DNA of 64,000 nt from Balanoglossus misakiensis (lineage: Eukaryota > Animalia > Hemichordata): the NCBI GenBank assembly GCA_040954595.2, contig CM082586.2, forward strand, positions 10,571,337-10,635,336. Reading direction: 5' to 3'. Both the position numbers and the translations under genes were made by a program. Position 1 is the stretch's first letter, and each line of letters opens with the position of its first letter. This document shows positions 1-13,740 of the stretch, piece after piece. Under the pieces are notes generated by a model. The model had not been told where the DNA came from. It ran no database searches and saw nothing but the letters and a program-made list of their open reading frames with translations.

Positions 1-3000
1 CACAACAGAATTTTGTAAACAAACGAGGCTGTGTTTGGAAGCAACCATGGACATTTTAGAACTATCTCTCGATCTACAGAGTCTATAGTGGAAAACTTTC
101 TTATGCACATATGCCTATCTATGTGTTCTGCGCCTCACAACAGAATTCGGTAAATAAACGAGGCTGTTTGGAAGCAACCATGGAAATTTTACAACTATCC
201 GTCGATCTACAGAGTCTAGTGGAAAACGTTATTATGCGCATAGGCCTATATATGTGTTCTGCGCATCACAACAGAATTTTGTAAACAAACGAGGCTGTGT
301 TTGGAAGCAACCATGGAAATTTTAGAACTATCTCTCGATCTACAGAGTCTAGTGGAAAACTTTATTATGCACATATGCCTATCTATGTGTTCTGCGCATC
401 ACAACAGAAATCGGTAAATAAACGAGGCTGTTTGGAAGCAACCATGGAAATTTTACAGCTATCCGTCGATCTACAGAGTCTAGTGGAAACGTTCTTATGC
501 GCATAGGCCTATATATGTGTTCTGCGCATCACAACAGAATTTTGTAAACAAACGAGGCTGTGTTTGGTAGCAACCATGGACATTTTAGAACTATCTCTCG
601 ATCTACAGAGTCTATAGTGGAAAACTTTCTTATGCACATATGCCTATCTATGTGTTCTGCGCCTCACAACAGAATTCGGTAAATAAACGAGGCTGTTTGG
701 AAGCAACCATGGAAATTTTACAACTATCCGTCGATCTACAGAGTCTAGTGGAAAACGTTATTATGCGCATAGGCCTATATATGTGTTCTGCGCATCACAA
801 CAGAATTTTGTAAACAAACGAGGCTGTGTTTGGAAGCAACCATGGAAATTTTAGAACTATCTCTCCATCTACAGAGTCTAGTGGAAAACTTTATTATGCA
901 CATATGCCTATCTATGTGTTCTGCGCATCACAACAGAAATCGGTAAATAAACGAGGCTGTTTGGAAGCAACCATGGAAATTTTACAACTATCCGTCGATC
1001 TACAGAGTCTGGTGGAAAACTTTCTTATGCGCATAGGCCTATTACGTGCTCTGCGCCTCACAACAGAATTCGGTAAATAAACGAGGCTGTTTGGAAGCAA
1101 TCATGGAAATTTTAGAACTATCCGTCGATCTACAGAGTCTAGTGGGAAACTTTCTTATGCGCATAGGCATATGTATGTGTTCAGCGCATCACAACAGAAT
1201 TTTATAAATGAACGAGGCTGTGTTTGGAAACAACCATGGAAATTTTACAACTATCCGTCGATCTACGGAGTCTGGTGGAAAACTTTCTTATGCGCATAGG
1301 CCTATCATGTGTTCTGCGCCTCACAACAGAAATCGGTAAATAAACGAGGCTGTTTGGAAGCAACCATGGAAATTGTACAACTATCCGTCGATCTACATAG
1401 TCTAGTGGAAAACGTTCTTATGCGCATAGGCCTATCTATGTGTTATGCGCATCACAACAGAAATCGGTAAATAAACGAGGCTGTATTTGGAAGCAATCAT
1501 GAAATTTTACAACTATCCGTCGATCTACAGAGTCTGGTGGAAAACTTCCTTATGCGCATAGACCTATTACGTGTTCTGCGCCTCACAACAGAATTCGGTA
1601 AATAAACGATGCTGTTTGGAAGCAACCATGGAAATTGTACAACTATCCGTCGATCTACAGAGTCTAGTGGAAAACGTTCTTATGCGCATAGGCCTATCTA
1701 TGTGTTATGCGCATCACAACAGAAATCGGTAAATAAACGAGGCTGTGTTTGGAAGCAACCATGGACATTTTAGAACTATCTCTCGATCTACAGAGTCTAT
1801 AGTGGAAAACTTTCTTATGCACATATGCCTATCTATGTGTTCTGCGCCTCACAACAGAAATCGGTAAATAAACGAGGCTGTTTAAAAGCAACCATGGAAA
1901 TTTTACAGCTATCCGTCGATCTACAGAGTCTAGTGGAAACGTTCTTATGCGCATAGGCCTATATATGTGTTCTGCGCATCACAACAGAATTTTGTGAACA
2001 AACGAGGCTGTGTTTGGAAGCAACCATGGACATTTTAGAACTATCTCTCGATCTACAGAGTCTATAGTGGAAAACTTTCTTATGCACATATGCCTATCTA
2101 TGTGTTCTGCGCCTCACAACAGAAATCGGTAAATAAACGAGGCTGTATTTGGAAGCAACCATGTAAATTTTACAACTATCCGTCGATCTACAGAGTCTGG
2201 TGGAAAACTTTCTTATGCGCATAGGCCTATTACGTGTTCTGCGCCTCACAACAGAAATCGGTAAATAAACGAGGCTGTTTGGAAGCAACCATGTAAATTT
2301 TAGAACTATCCGTCGATCTACAGAGTCTAGTGGAAAAACGTTCATGTGCGCATAGGCCTATCATGTGTTATGCACATCACAACAGAATTTTGTAAACAAA
2401 CGAGGCTTTGTTTGGAAGCAACAATGGAAATTTTAGAACTATCTGTCGATCTACGGAGTATAGTGGAAAACATTCATATGCGCATAGGCCTATATATGTG
2501 TTCTGCGCATCACAACAGAATTTTGTAAACAATCGAGGATGTGTTTGGAAGCAATCATGGAAATTTTAGAACTATCCGTCGATCTACAGAGTCTAGTGGG
2601 AAACTTTCTTATGCGCATAGGCATATGTATGTGTTCTGCGCATCACAACAGAAATCGGTAAATAAACGAGGCTGTTTGGAAGCAACCATGGAAATTTTAC
2701 AACTATCCGTCGATCTACAGAGTCTGGTGGAAAACTTTCTTATGCGCATAGGCCTATTACGTGCTCTGCGCCTCACAACAGAATTCGGTAAATAAACGAG
2801 GCTGTTTGGAAGCAACCATGGAACTTTTAGAACTATCCGTCGATCTACAGAGTCTAGTGGAAAAATGTCTTATGCGCATAGGCCTATCATGTGTTCTGTG
2901 CCTCACAACAGAAATCGGTAAATAAACGAGGCTGTTTGGAAGCAACCATGGACATTGTACAACTATCCGTCGATCTACAAAGTCTAGTGGAAAACGTTCT

Positions 3001-6000
3001 TATGCGCATAGGCCTATCTATGTGTTATGCGCATCACAACAGAAATCGCTAAATAAACGAGGCTGTATTTGGAAGCAACCATGAAATTTTACAACTATCC
3101 GTCGATCTACAGAGTCTAGTGGAAAAATGTCTCATGCGCATAGGCCTATCATGTGTTCTGCGCCTCACAACAGAATTCGGTAAATAAACGAGGCTGTTTG
3201 GAAGCAACCATGGAAATTTTACAACTATCCGTCGATCTACAGAGTCTAGTGGAAAACGTTATTATGCGCATAGGCCTATATATGTGTTCTGCGCATCACA
3301 ACAGAATTTTGTAAACAAACGAGGCTGTGTTTGGAAGCAACCATGGACATTTTAGAACTAACTCTCGATCTACAGAGTCTATAGTGGAAAACTTTCTTAT
3401 GCACATATGCCTATCTATGTGTTCTGCGCCTCACAACAGAATTCGGTAAATAAACGAGGCTGTTTGGAAGCAACCATGGAAATTTTACAACTATCCGTCG
3501 ATCTACAGAGTCTAGTGGAAAACGTTATTATGCGCATAGGCCTATATATGTGTTCTGCGCATCACAACAGAATTTTGTAAACAAACGAGGCTGTGTTTGG
3601 AAGCAACCATGGAAATTTTAGAACTATCTCTCGATCTACAGAGTCTAGTGGAAAACTTTATTATGCACATATGCCTATCTATGTGTTCTGCGCATCACAA
3701 CAGAAATCGGTAAATAAACGAGGCTGTTTGGAAGCAACCATGGAAATTTTACAACTATCCGTCGATCTACAGAGTCTGGTGGAAAACTTTCTTATGCGCA
3801 TAGGCCTATTACGTGCTCTGCGCCTCACAACAGAATTCGGTAAATAAACGAGGCTGTTTGGAAGCAACCATGGAAATTTTAGAACTATCCGTCGATCTAC
3901 AGAGTCTAGTGGAAAAATGTCTTATGCGCATAGGCCTATCATGTGTTCTGTGCCTCACAACAGAAATCGGTAAATAAACGAGGCTGTTTGGAAGCAACCA
4001 TGGAAATTGTACAACTATCCGTCGATCTACAGAGTCTGGTGGAAAACTTCCTTATGCGCATAGGCCTATCTATGTGTTATGCGCATCACAACAGAAATCG
4101 GTAAATAAACGAGGCTGTATTTGGAAGCAACCATGAAATTTTACAACTATCCGTCGATCTACAGAGTCTGGTGGAAAACTTCCTTATGCGCATAGACCTA
4201 TTACGTGTTCTGCGCCTCACAACAGAATTCGGTAAATAAACGAGGCTGTTTGGAAGCAACCATGGACATTGTACAACTATCCGTCGATCTACAAAGTCTA
4301 GTGGAAAACGTTCTTATGCGCATAGGCCTATCTATGTGTTATGCGCATCACAACAGAAATCGCTAAATAAACGAGGCTGTATTTGGAAGCAACCATGAAA
4401 TTTTACAACTATCCGTCGATCTACAGAGTCTAGTGGAAAAATGTCTCATGCGCATAGGCCTATCATGTGTTCTGCGCCTCACAACAGAAATCGGTAAATA
4501 AACGAGGCTGTTTGGAAGCAACCATGGAAATTTTACAGCTATCCGTCGATCTACAGAGTCTAGTGGAAACGTTCTTATGCGCATAGGCCTATATATGTGT
4601 TCTGCGCATCACAACAGAATTTTGTAAACAAACGAGGCTGTGTTTGGTAGCAACCATGGACATTTTAGAACTATCTCTCGATCTACAGAGTCTATAGTGG
4701 AAAACTTTCTTATGCACATATGCCTATCTATGTGTTCTGCGCCTCACAACAGAATTCGGTAAATAAACGAGGCTGTTTGGAAGCAACCATGGAAATTTTA
4801 CAACTATCCGTCGATCTACAGAGTCTAGTGGAAAACGTTATTATGCGCATAGGCCTATATATGTGTTCTGCGCATCACAACAGAATTTTGTAAACAAACG
4901 AGGCTGTGTTTGGAAGCAACCATGGACATTTTAGAACTATCTCTCGATCTACAGAGTCTATAGTGGAAAACTTTCTTATGCACATATGCCTATCTATGTG
5001 TTCTGCGCCTCACAACAGAATTCGGTAAATAAACGAGGCTGTTTGGAAGCAACCATGGAAATTTTACAACTATCCGTCGATCTACAGAGTCTAGTGGAAA
5101 ACGTTATTATGCGCATAGGCCTATCTATGTGTTATGCGCATCACAACAGAAATCGGTAAATAAACGAGGCTGTATTTGGAAGCAACCATGAAATTTTACA
5201 ACTATCCGTCGATCTACAGAGTCTGGTGGAAAACTTCCTTATGCGCATAGACCTATTACGTGTTCTGCGCCTCACAACAGAATTCGGTAAATAAACGAGG
5301 CTGTTTGGAAGCAACCATGGACATTGTACAACTATCCGTCGATCTACACAGTCTAGTGGAAAACGTTCTTATGCGCATAGGCCTATCTATGTGTTATGCG
5401 CATCACAACAGAAATCGCTAAATAAACGAGGCTGTATTTGGAAGCAACCATGAAATTTTACAACTATCCGTCGATCTACAGAGTCTAGTGGAAAAATGTC
5501 TCATGCGCATAGGCCTATCATGTGTTCTGCGCCTCACAACAGAAATCGGTAAATAAACGAGGCTGTTTGGAAGCAACCATGGAAATTTTACAGCTATCCG
5601 TCGATCTACAGAGTCTAGTGGAAACGTTCTTATGCGCATAGGCCTATATATGTGTTCTGCGCATCACAACAGAATTTTGTAAACAAACGAGGCTGTGTTT
5701 GGTAGCAACCATGGACATTTTAGAACTATCTCTCGATCTACAGAGTCTATAGTGGAAAACTTTCTTATGCACATATGCCTATCTATGTGTTCTGCGCCTC
5801 ACAACAGAATTCGGTAAATAAACGAGGCTGTTTGGAAGCAACCATGGAAATTTTACAACTATCCGTCGATCTACAGAGTCTAGTGGAAAACGTTATTATG
5901 CGCATAGGCCTATATATGTGTTCTGCGCATCACAACAGAATTTTGTAAACAAACGAGGCTGTGTTTGGAAGCAACCATGGACATTTTAGAACTATCTCTC

Positions 6001-8050
6001 GATCTACAGAGTCTATAGTGGAAAACTTTCTTATGCACATATGCCTATCTATGTGTTCTGCGCCTCACAACAGAATTCGGTAAATAAACGAGGCTGTTTG
6101 GAAGCAACCATGGAAATTTTACAACTATCCGTCGATCTACAGAGTCTAGTGGAAAACGTTATTATGCGCATAGGCCTATATATGTGTTCTGCGCATCACA
6201 ACAGAATTTTGTAAACAAACGAGGCTGTGTTTGGAAGCAACCATGGAAATTTTAGAACTATCTCTCGATCTACAGAGTCTAGTGGAAAACTGTATTATGC
6301 ACATATGCCTATCTATGTGTTCTGCGCATCACAACAGAAATCGGTAAATAAACGAGGCTGTTTGGAAGCAACCATGGAAATTTTACAGCTATCCGTCGAT
6401 CTACAGAGTCTAGTGGAAACGTTCTTATGCGCATAGGCCTATATATGTGTTCTGCGCATCACAACAGAATTTTGTAAACAAACGAGGCTGTGTTTGGTAG
6501 CAACCATGGACATTTTAGAACTATCTCTCGATCTACAGAGTCTATAGTGGAAAACATTCTTATGCACATATGCCTATCTATGTGTTCTGCGCCTCACAAC
6601 AGAATTCGGTAAATAAACGAGGCTGTTTGGAAGCAACCATGGAAATTTTACAACTATCCGTCGATCTACAGAGTCTAGTGGAAAACGTTATTATGTGCAT
6701 AGGCCTATATATGTGTTCTGCGCATCACAACAGAATTTTGTAAACAAACGAGGCTGTGTTTGGAAGCAACCATGGAAATTTTAGAACTATCTCTCCATCT
6801 ACAGAGTCTAGTGGAAAACTTTATTATGCACATATGCCTATCTATGTGTTCTGCGCATCACAACAGAAATCGGTAAATAAACGAGGCTGTTTGGAAGCAA
6901 CCATGGAAATTTTACAACTATCCGTCGATCTACAGAGTCTGGTGGAAAACTTTCTTATGCGCATAGGCCTATTACGTGCTCTGCGCCTCACAACAGAATT
7001 CGGTAAATAAACGAGGCTGTTTGGAAGCAATCATGGAAATTTTAGAACTATCCGTCGATCTACAGAGTCTAGTGGGAAACTTTCTTATGCGCATAGGCAT
7101 ATGTATGTGTTCAGCGCATCACAACAGAATTTTATAAATGAACGAGGCTGTGTTTGGAAACAACCATGGAAATTTTACAACTATCCGTCGATCTACGGAG
7201 TCTGGTGGAAAACTTTCTTATGCGCATAGGCCTATCATGTGTTCTGCGCCTCACAACAGAAATCGGTAAATAAACGAGGCTGTTTGGAAGCAACCATGGA
7301 AATTGTACAACTATCCGTCGATCTACATAGTCTAGTGGAAAACGTTCTTATGCGCATAGGCCTATCTATGTGTTATGCGCATCACAACAGAAATCGGTAA
7401 ATAAACGAGGCTGTATTTGGAAGCAATCATGAAATTTTACACCTATCCGTCGATCTACAGAGTCTGGTGGAAAACTTCCTTATGCGCATAGACCTATTAC
7501 GTGTTCTGCGCCTCACAACAGAATTCGGTAAATAAACGATGCTGTTTGGAAGCAACCATGGAAATTGTACAACTATCCGTCGATCTACAGAGTCTAGTGG
7601 AAAACGTTCTTATGCGCATAGGCCTATCTATGTGTTATGCGCATCACAACAGAAATCGGTAAATAAACGAGGCTGTGTTTGGAAGCAACCATGGACATTT
7701 TAGAACTATCTCTCGATCTACAGAGTCTATAGTGGAAAACTTTCTTATGCACATATGCCTATCTATGTGTTCTGCGCCTCACAACAGAAATCGGTAAATA
7801 AACGAGGCTGTTTAAAAGCAACCATGGAAATTTTACAGCTATCCGTCGATCTACAGAGTCTAGTGGAAACGTTCTTATGCGCATAGGCCTATATATGTGT
7901 TCTGCGCATCACAACAGAATTTTGTGAACAAACGAGGCTGTGTTTGGAAGCAACCATGGACATTTTAGAACTATCTCTCGATCTACAGAGTCTATAGTGG
8001 AAAACTTTCTTATGCACATATGCCTATCTATGTGTTCTGCGCCTCACAAC
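1..8050. repeat. Block duplication: ~1-2120 repeated at ~5931-8050 (offset 5930 bp)
   Basis: Shared rare variants: CTCTCCATCT (861/6791), TTTATAAATG (1201/7131), TACATAG (~1394/7324), TTTGTGAACA (1991/7921). ORF pairs 297/6227 and 826/6756. Confidence 0.85.
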
Positions 8051-8899
8051 AGAATTCGGTAAATAAACGAGGCTGTTTGGAAGCAACCATGGAAATTTTA
8101 CAACTATCCGTCGATCTACAGAGTCTAGTGGAAAACGTTATTATGCGCATAGGCCTATATATGTGTTCTGCGCATCACAACAGAATTTTGTAAACAAACG
8201 AGGCTGTGTTTGGAAGCAACCATGGAAATTTTAGAACTATCTCTCGATCTACAGAGTCTAGTGGAAAACTTTATTATGCACATATGCCTATATATGTGTT
8301 CTGCGCATCACAACAGAAATCGGTAAATAAACGAGGCTGTTTGGAAGCAACCATGGAAATTTTACAACTATCCGTCGATCTACAGAGTCTGGTGGAAAAC
8401 TTTCTTATGCGCATAGGCCTATTACGTGCTCTGCGCCTCACAACAGAATTCGGTAAATAAACGAGGCTGTTTGGAAGCAACCATGGAAATTTTAGAACTA
8501 TCCGTCGATCTACAGAGTCTAGTGGAAAAATGTCTTATGCGCATAGGCCTATCATGTGTTCTGTGCCTCACAACAGAAATCGGTAAATAAACGAGGCTGT
8601 TTGGAAGCAACCATGGAAATTGTACAACTATCCGTCGATCTACAGAGTCTAGTGGAAAACGTTCTTATGCGCATAGGCCTATCTATGTGTTATGCGCATC
8701 ACAACAGAAATCGGTAAATAAACGAGGCTGTATTTGGAAGCAACCATGGAAATTGTACAACTATCCATCGATCTACAGAGTCTATAGTGGAAAACTTTCT
8801 TATGCACATATGCCTATCTATGTGTTCTGCGCCTCACAACAGAAATCGGTAAATAAACGAGGCTGTTTAAAAGCAACCATGGAAATTTTACAGCTATCC

Positions 8900-11800
8900 G
8901 TCGATCTACAAAGTCTAGTGGAAAACGTTCTTATGCGCATAGGCCTATCTATGTGTTATGCGCATCACAACAGAAATCGCTAAATAAACGAGGCTGTATT
9001 TGGAAGCAACCATGAAATTTTACAACTATCCGTCGATCTACAGAGTCTAGTGGAAAAATGTCTCATGCGCATAGGCATATCATGTGTTCTGCGCCTCACA
9101 ACAGAAATCGGTAAATAAACGAGGCTGTTTGGAAGCAACCATGGAAATTTTACAGCTATCCGTCGATCTACAGAGTCTAGTGGAAACGTTCTTATGCGCA
9201 TAGGCCTATATATGTGTTCTGCGCATCACAACAGAATTTTGTAAACAAACGAGGCTGTGTTTGGTAGCAACCATGGACATTTTAGAACTATCTCTCGATC
9301 TACAGAGTCTATAGTGGAAAACTTTCTTATGCACATATGCCTATCTATGTGTTCTGCGCCTCACAACAGAATTCGGTAAATAAACGAGGCTGTTTGGAAG
9401 CAACCATGGAAATTTTACAACTATCCGTCGATCTACAGAGTCTAGTGGAAAACGTTATTATGCGCATAGGCCTATATATGTGTTCTGCGCATCACAACAG
9501 AATTTTGTAAACAAACGAGGCTGTGTTTGGAAGCAACCATGGACATTTTAGAACTATCTCTCGATCTACAGAGTCTATAGTGGAAAACTTTCTTATGCAC
9601 ATATGCCTATCTATGTGTTCTGCGCCTCACAACAGAATTCGGTAAATAAACGAGGCTGTTTGGAAGCAACCATGGAAATTTTACAACTATCCGTCGATCT
9701 ACAGAGTCTAGTGGAAAACGTTATTATGCGCATAGGCCTATATATGTGTTCTGCGCATCACAACAGAATTTTGTAAACAAACGAGGCTGTGTTTGGAAGC
9801 AACCATGGAAATTTTAGAACTATCTCTCGATCTACAGAGTCTAGTGGAAAACTTTATTATGCACATATGCCTATCTATGTGTTCTGCGCATCACAACAGA
9901 AATCGGTAAATAAACGAGGCTGTTTGGAAGCAACCATGGAAATTTTACAACTATCCGTCGATCTACAGAGTCTGGTGGAAAACTTTCTTATGCGCATAGG
10001 CCTATTACGTGCTCTGCGCCTCACAACAGAATTCGGTAAATAAACGAGGCTGTTTGGAAGCAACCATGGAAATTTTAGAACTATCCGTCGATCTACAGAG
10101 TCTAGTGGAAAAATGTCTTATGCGCATAGGCCTATCATGTGTTCTGCGCCTCACAACAGAATTCGGTAAATAAACGAGGCTGTTTGGAAGCAACCATGGA
10201 CATTGTACAACTATCCGTCGATCTACAAAGTCTAGTGGAAAACGTTCTTATGCGCATAGGCCTATCTATGTGTTATGCGCATCACAACAGAAATCGCTAA
10301 ATAAACGAGGCTGTATTTGGAAGCAACCATGAAATTTTACAACTATCCGTCGATCTACAGAGTCTAGTGGAAAAATGTCTCATGCGCATAGGCCTATCAT
10401 GTGTTCTGCGCCTCACAACAGAAATCGGTAAATAAACGAGGCTGTTTGGAAGCAACCATGGAAATTTTACAGCTATCCGTCGATCTACAGAGTCTAGTGG
10501 AAACGTTCTTATGCGCATAGGCCTATATATGTGTTCTGCGCATCACAACAGAATTTTGTAAACAAACGAGGCTGTGTTTGGTAGCAACCATGGACATTTT
10601 AGAACTATCTCTCGATCTACAGAGTCTATAGTGGAAAACTTTCTTATGCACATATGCCTATCTATGTGTTCTGCGCCTCACAACAGAATTCGGTAAATAA
10701 ACGAGGCTGTTTGGAAGCAACCATGGAAATTTTACAACTATCCGTCGATCTACAGAGTCTAGTGGAAAACGTTATTATGCGCATAGGCCTATATATGTGT
10801 TCTGCGCATCACAACAGAATTTTGTAAACAAACGAGGCTGTGTTTGGAAGCAACCATGGACATTTTAGAACTATCTCTCGATCTACAGAGTCTATAGTGG
10901 AAAACTTTCTTATGCACATATGCCTATCTATGTGTTCTGCGCCTCACAACAGAATTCGGTAAATAAACGAGGCTGTTTGGAAGCAACCATGGAAATTTTA
11001 CAACTATCCGTCGATCTACAGAGTCTAGTGGAAAACGTTATTATGCGCATAGGCCTATATATGTGTTCTGCGCATCACAACAGAATTTTGTAAACAAACG
11101 AGGCTGTGTTTGGAAGCAACCATGGAAATTTTAGAACTATCTCTCGATCTACAGAGTCTAGTGGAAAACTTTATTATGCACATATGCCTATCTATGTGTT
11201 CTGCGCATCACAACAGAAATCGGTAAATAAACGAGGCTGTTTGGAAGCAACCATGGAAATTTTACAACTATCCGTCGATCTACAGAGTCTGTTGGAAAAC
11301 TTTCTTATGCGCATAGGCCTATTACGTGCTCTGCGCCTCACAACAGAATTCGGTAAATAAACGAGGCTGTTTGGAAGCAACCATGGAAATTTTAGAACTA
11401 TCCGTCGATCTACAGAGTCTAGTGGAAAAATGTCTTATGCGCATAGGCCTATCATGTGTTCTGCGCCTCACAACAGAAATCGGTAAATAAACGAGGCTGT
11501 TTGGAAGCAACCATGGAAATTGTACAACTATCCGTCGATCTACAGAGTCTAGTGGAAAACGTTCTTATGCGCATAGGCCTATCTATGTGTTATGCGCATC
11601 ACAACAGAAATCGGTAAATAAACGAGGCTGTATTTGGAAGCAACCATGAAATTTTACAACTATCCGTCGATCTACAGAGTCTGGTGGAAAACTTCCTTAT
11701 GCGCATAGACCTATTACGTGTTCTGCGCCTCACAACACAATTCGGTAAATAAACGAGGCTGTTTGGAAGCAACCATGGACATTGTACAACTATCCGTCGA

Positions 11801-13740
11801 TCTACAAAGTCTAGTGGAAAACGTTCTTATGCGCATAGGCCTATCTATGTGTTATGCGCATCACAACAGAAATCGCTAAATAAACGAGGCTGTATTTGGA
11901 AGCAACCATGAAATTTTACAACTATCCGTCGATCTACAGAGTCTAGTGGAAAAATGTCTCATGCGCATAGGCCTATCATGTGTTCTGCGCCTCACAACAG
12001 AAATCGGTAAATAAACGAGGCTGTTTGGAAGCAACCATGGAAATTGTATAGCTATCCGTCGATCTACAGAGTCTAGTGGAAACGTTCTTATGCGCATAGG
12101 CCTATATATGTGTTCTGCGCATCACAACAGAATTTTGTAAACAAACGAGGCTGTGTTTGGTAGCAACCATGGACATTTTAGAACTATCTCTCGATCTACA
12201 GAGTCTATAGTGGAAAACTTTCTTATGCACATATGCCTATCTATGTGTTCTGCGCCTCACAACAGAATTCGGTAAATAAACGAGGCTGTTTGGAAGCAAC
12301 CATGGAAATTTTACAACTATCCGTCGATCTACAGAGTCTAGTGGAAAACGTTATTATGCGCATAGGCCTATATATGTGTTCTGCGCATCACAACAGAATT
12401 TTGTAAACAAACGAGGCTGTGTTTGGAAGCAACCATGGAAATTTTAGAACTATCTCTCGATCTACAGAGTCTAGTGGAAAACTTTATTATGCACATATGC
12501 CTATCTATGTGTTCTGCGCATCACAACAGAAATCGGTAAATAAACGAGGCTGTTTGGAAGCAACCATGGAAATTTTACAACTATCCGTCGATCTACAGAG
12601 TCTGTTGGAAAACTTTCTTATGCGCATAGGCCTATTACGTGCTCTGCGCCTCACAACAGAATTCGGTAAATAAACGAGGCTGTTTGGAAGCAACCATGGA
12701 AATTTTAGAACTATCCGTCGATCTACAGAGTCTAGTGGAAAAATGTCTTATGCGCATAGGCCTATCATGTGTTCTGCGCCTCACAACAGAAATCGGTAAA
12801 TAAACGAGGCTGTTTGGAAGCAACCATGGAAATTGTACAACTATCCGTCGATCTACAGAGTCTAGTGGAAAACGTTCTTATGCGCATAGGCCTATCTATG
12901 TGTTATGCGCATCACAACAGAAATCGGTAAATAAACGAGGCTGTATTTGGAAGCAACCATGAAATTTTACAACTATCCGTCGATCTACAGAGTCTGGTGG
13001 AAAACTTCCTTATGCGCATAGACCTATTACGTGTTCTGCGCCTCACAACACAATTCGGTAAATAAACGAGGCTGTTTGGAAGCAACCATGGACATTGTAC
13101 AACTATCCGTCGATCTACAAAGTCTAGTGGAAAACGTTCTTATGCGCATAGGCCTATCTATGTGTTATGCGCATCACAACAGAAATCGCTAAATAAACGA
13201 GGCTGTATTTGGAAGCAACCATGAAATTTTACAACTATCCGTCGATCTACAGAGTCTAGTGGAAAAATGTCTCATGCGCATAGGCCTATCATGTGTTCTG
13301 CGCCTCACAACAGAAATCGGTAAATAAACGAGGCTGTTTGGAAGCAACCATGGAAATTGTATAGCTATCCGTCGATCTACAGAGTCTAGTGGAAACGTTC
13401 TTATGCGCATAGGCCTATATATGTGTTCTGCGCATCACAACAGAATTTTGTAAACAAACGAGGCTGTGTTTGGTAGCAACCATGGACATTTTAGAACTAT
13501 CTCTCGATCTACAGAGTCTATAGTGGAAAACTTTCTTATGCACATATGCCTATCTATGTGTTCTGCGCCTCACAACAGAATTCGGTAAATAAACGAGGCT
13601 GTTTGGAAGCAACCATGGAAATTTTACAACTATCCGTCGATCTACAGAGTCTAGTGGAAAACGTTATTATGCGCATAGGCCTATATATGTGTTCTGCGCA
13701 TCACAACAGAATTTTGTAAACAAACGAGGCTGTGTTTGGA
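8900..13740. repeat. Local ~10-monomer higher-order repeats (offsets 1317 and 1313 bp)
   Basis: ORF pairs 8980/10297 and 9789/11106 (1317), and 11106/12419 and 11876/13189 (1313). Shared variants TCTGTTGG, CACAACACAA and TTGTATAGCT in the 1313-bp pair. Confidence 0.8.

Noticed and set aside
145-180. CENP-B box (TTCG and TTGGAAGC resemblance)
   Set aside because: The required TTCG-N4-A-N2-CGGG spacing is not met, and CGGG is absent.
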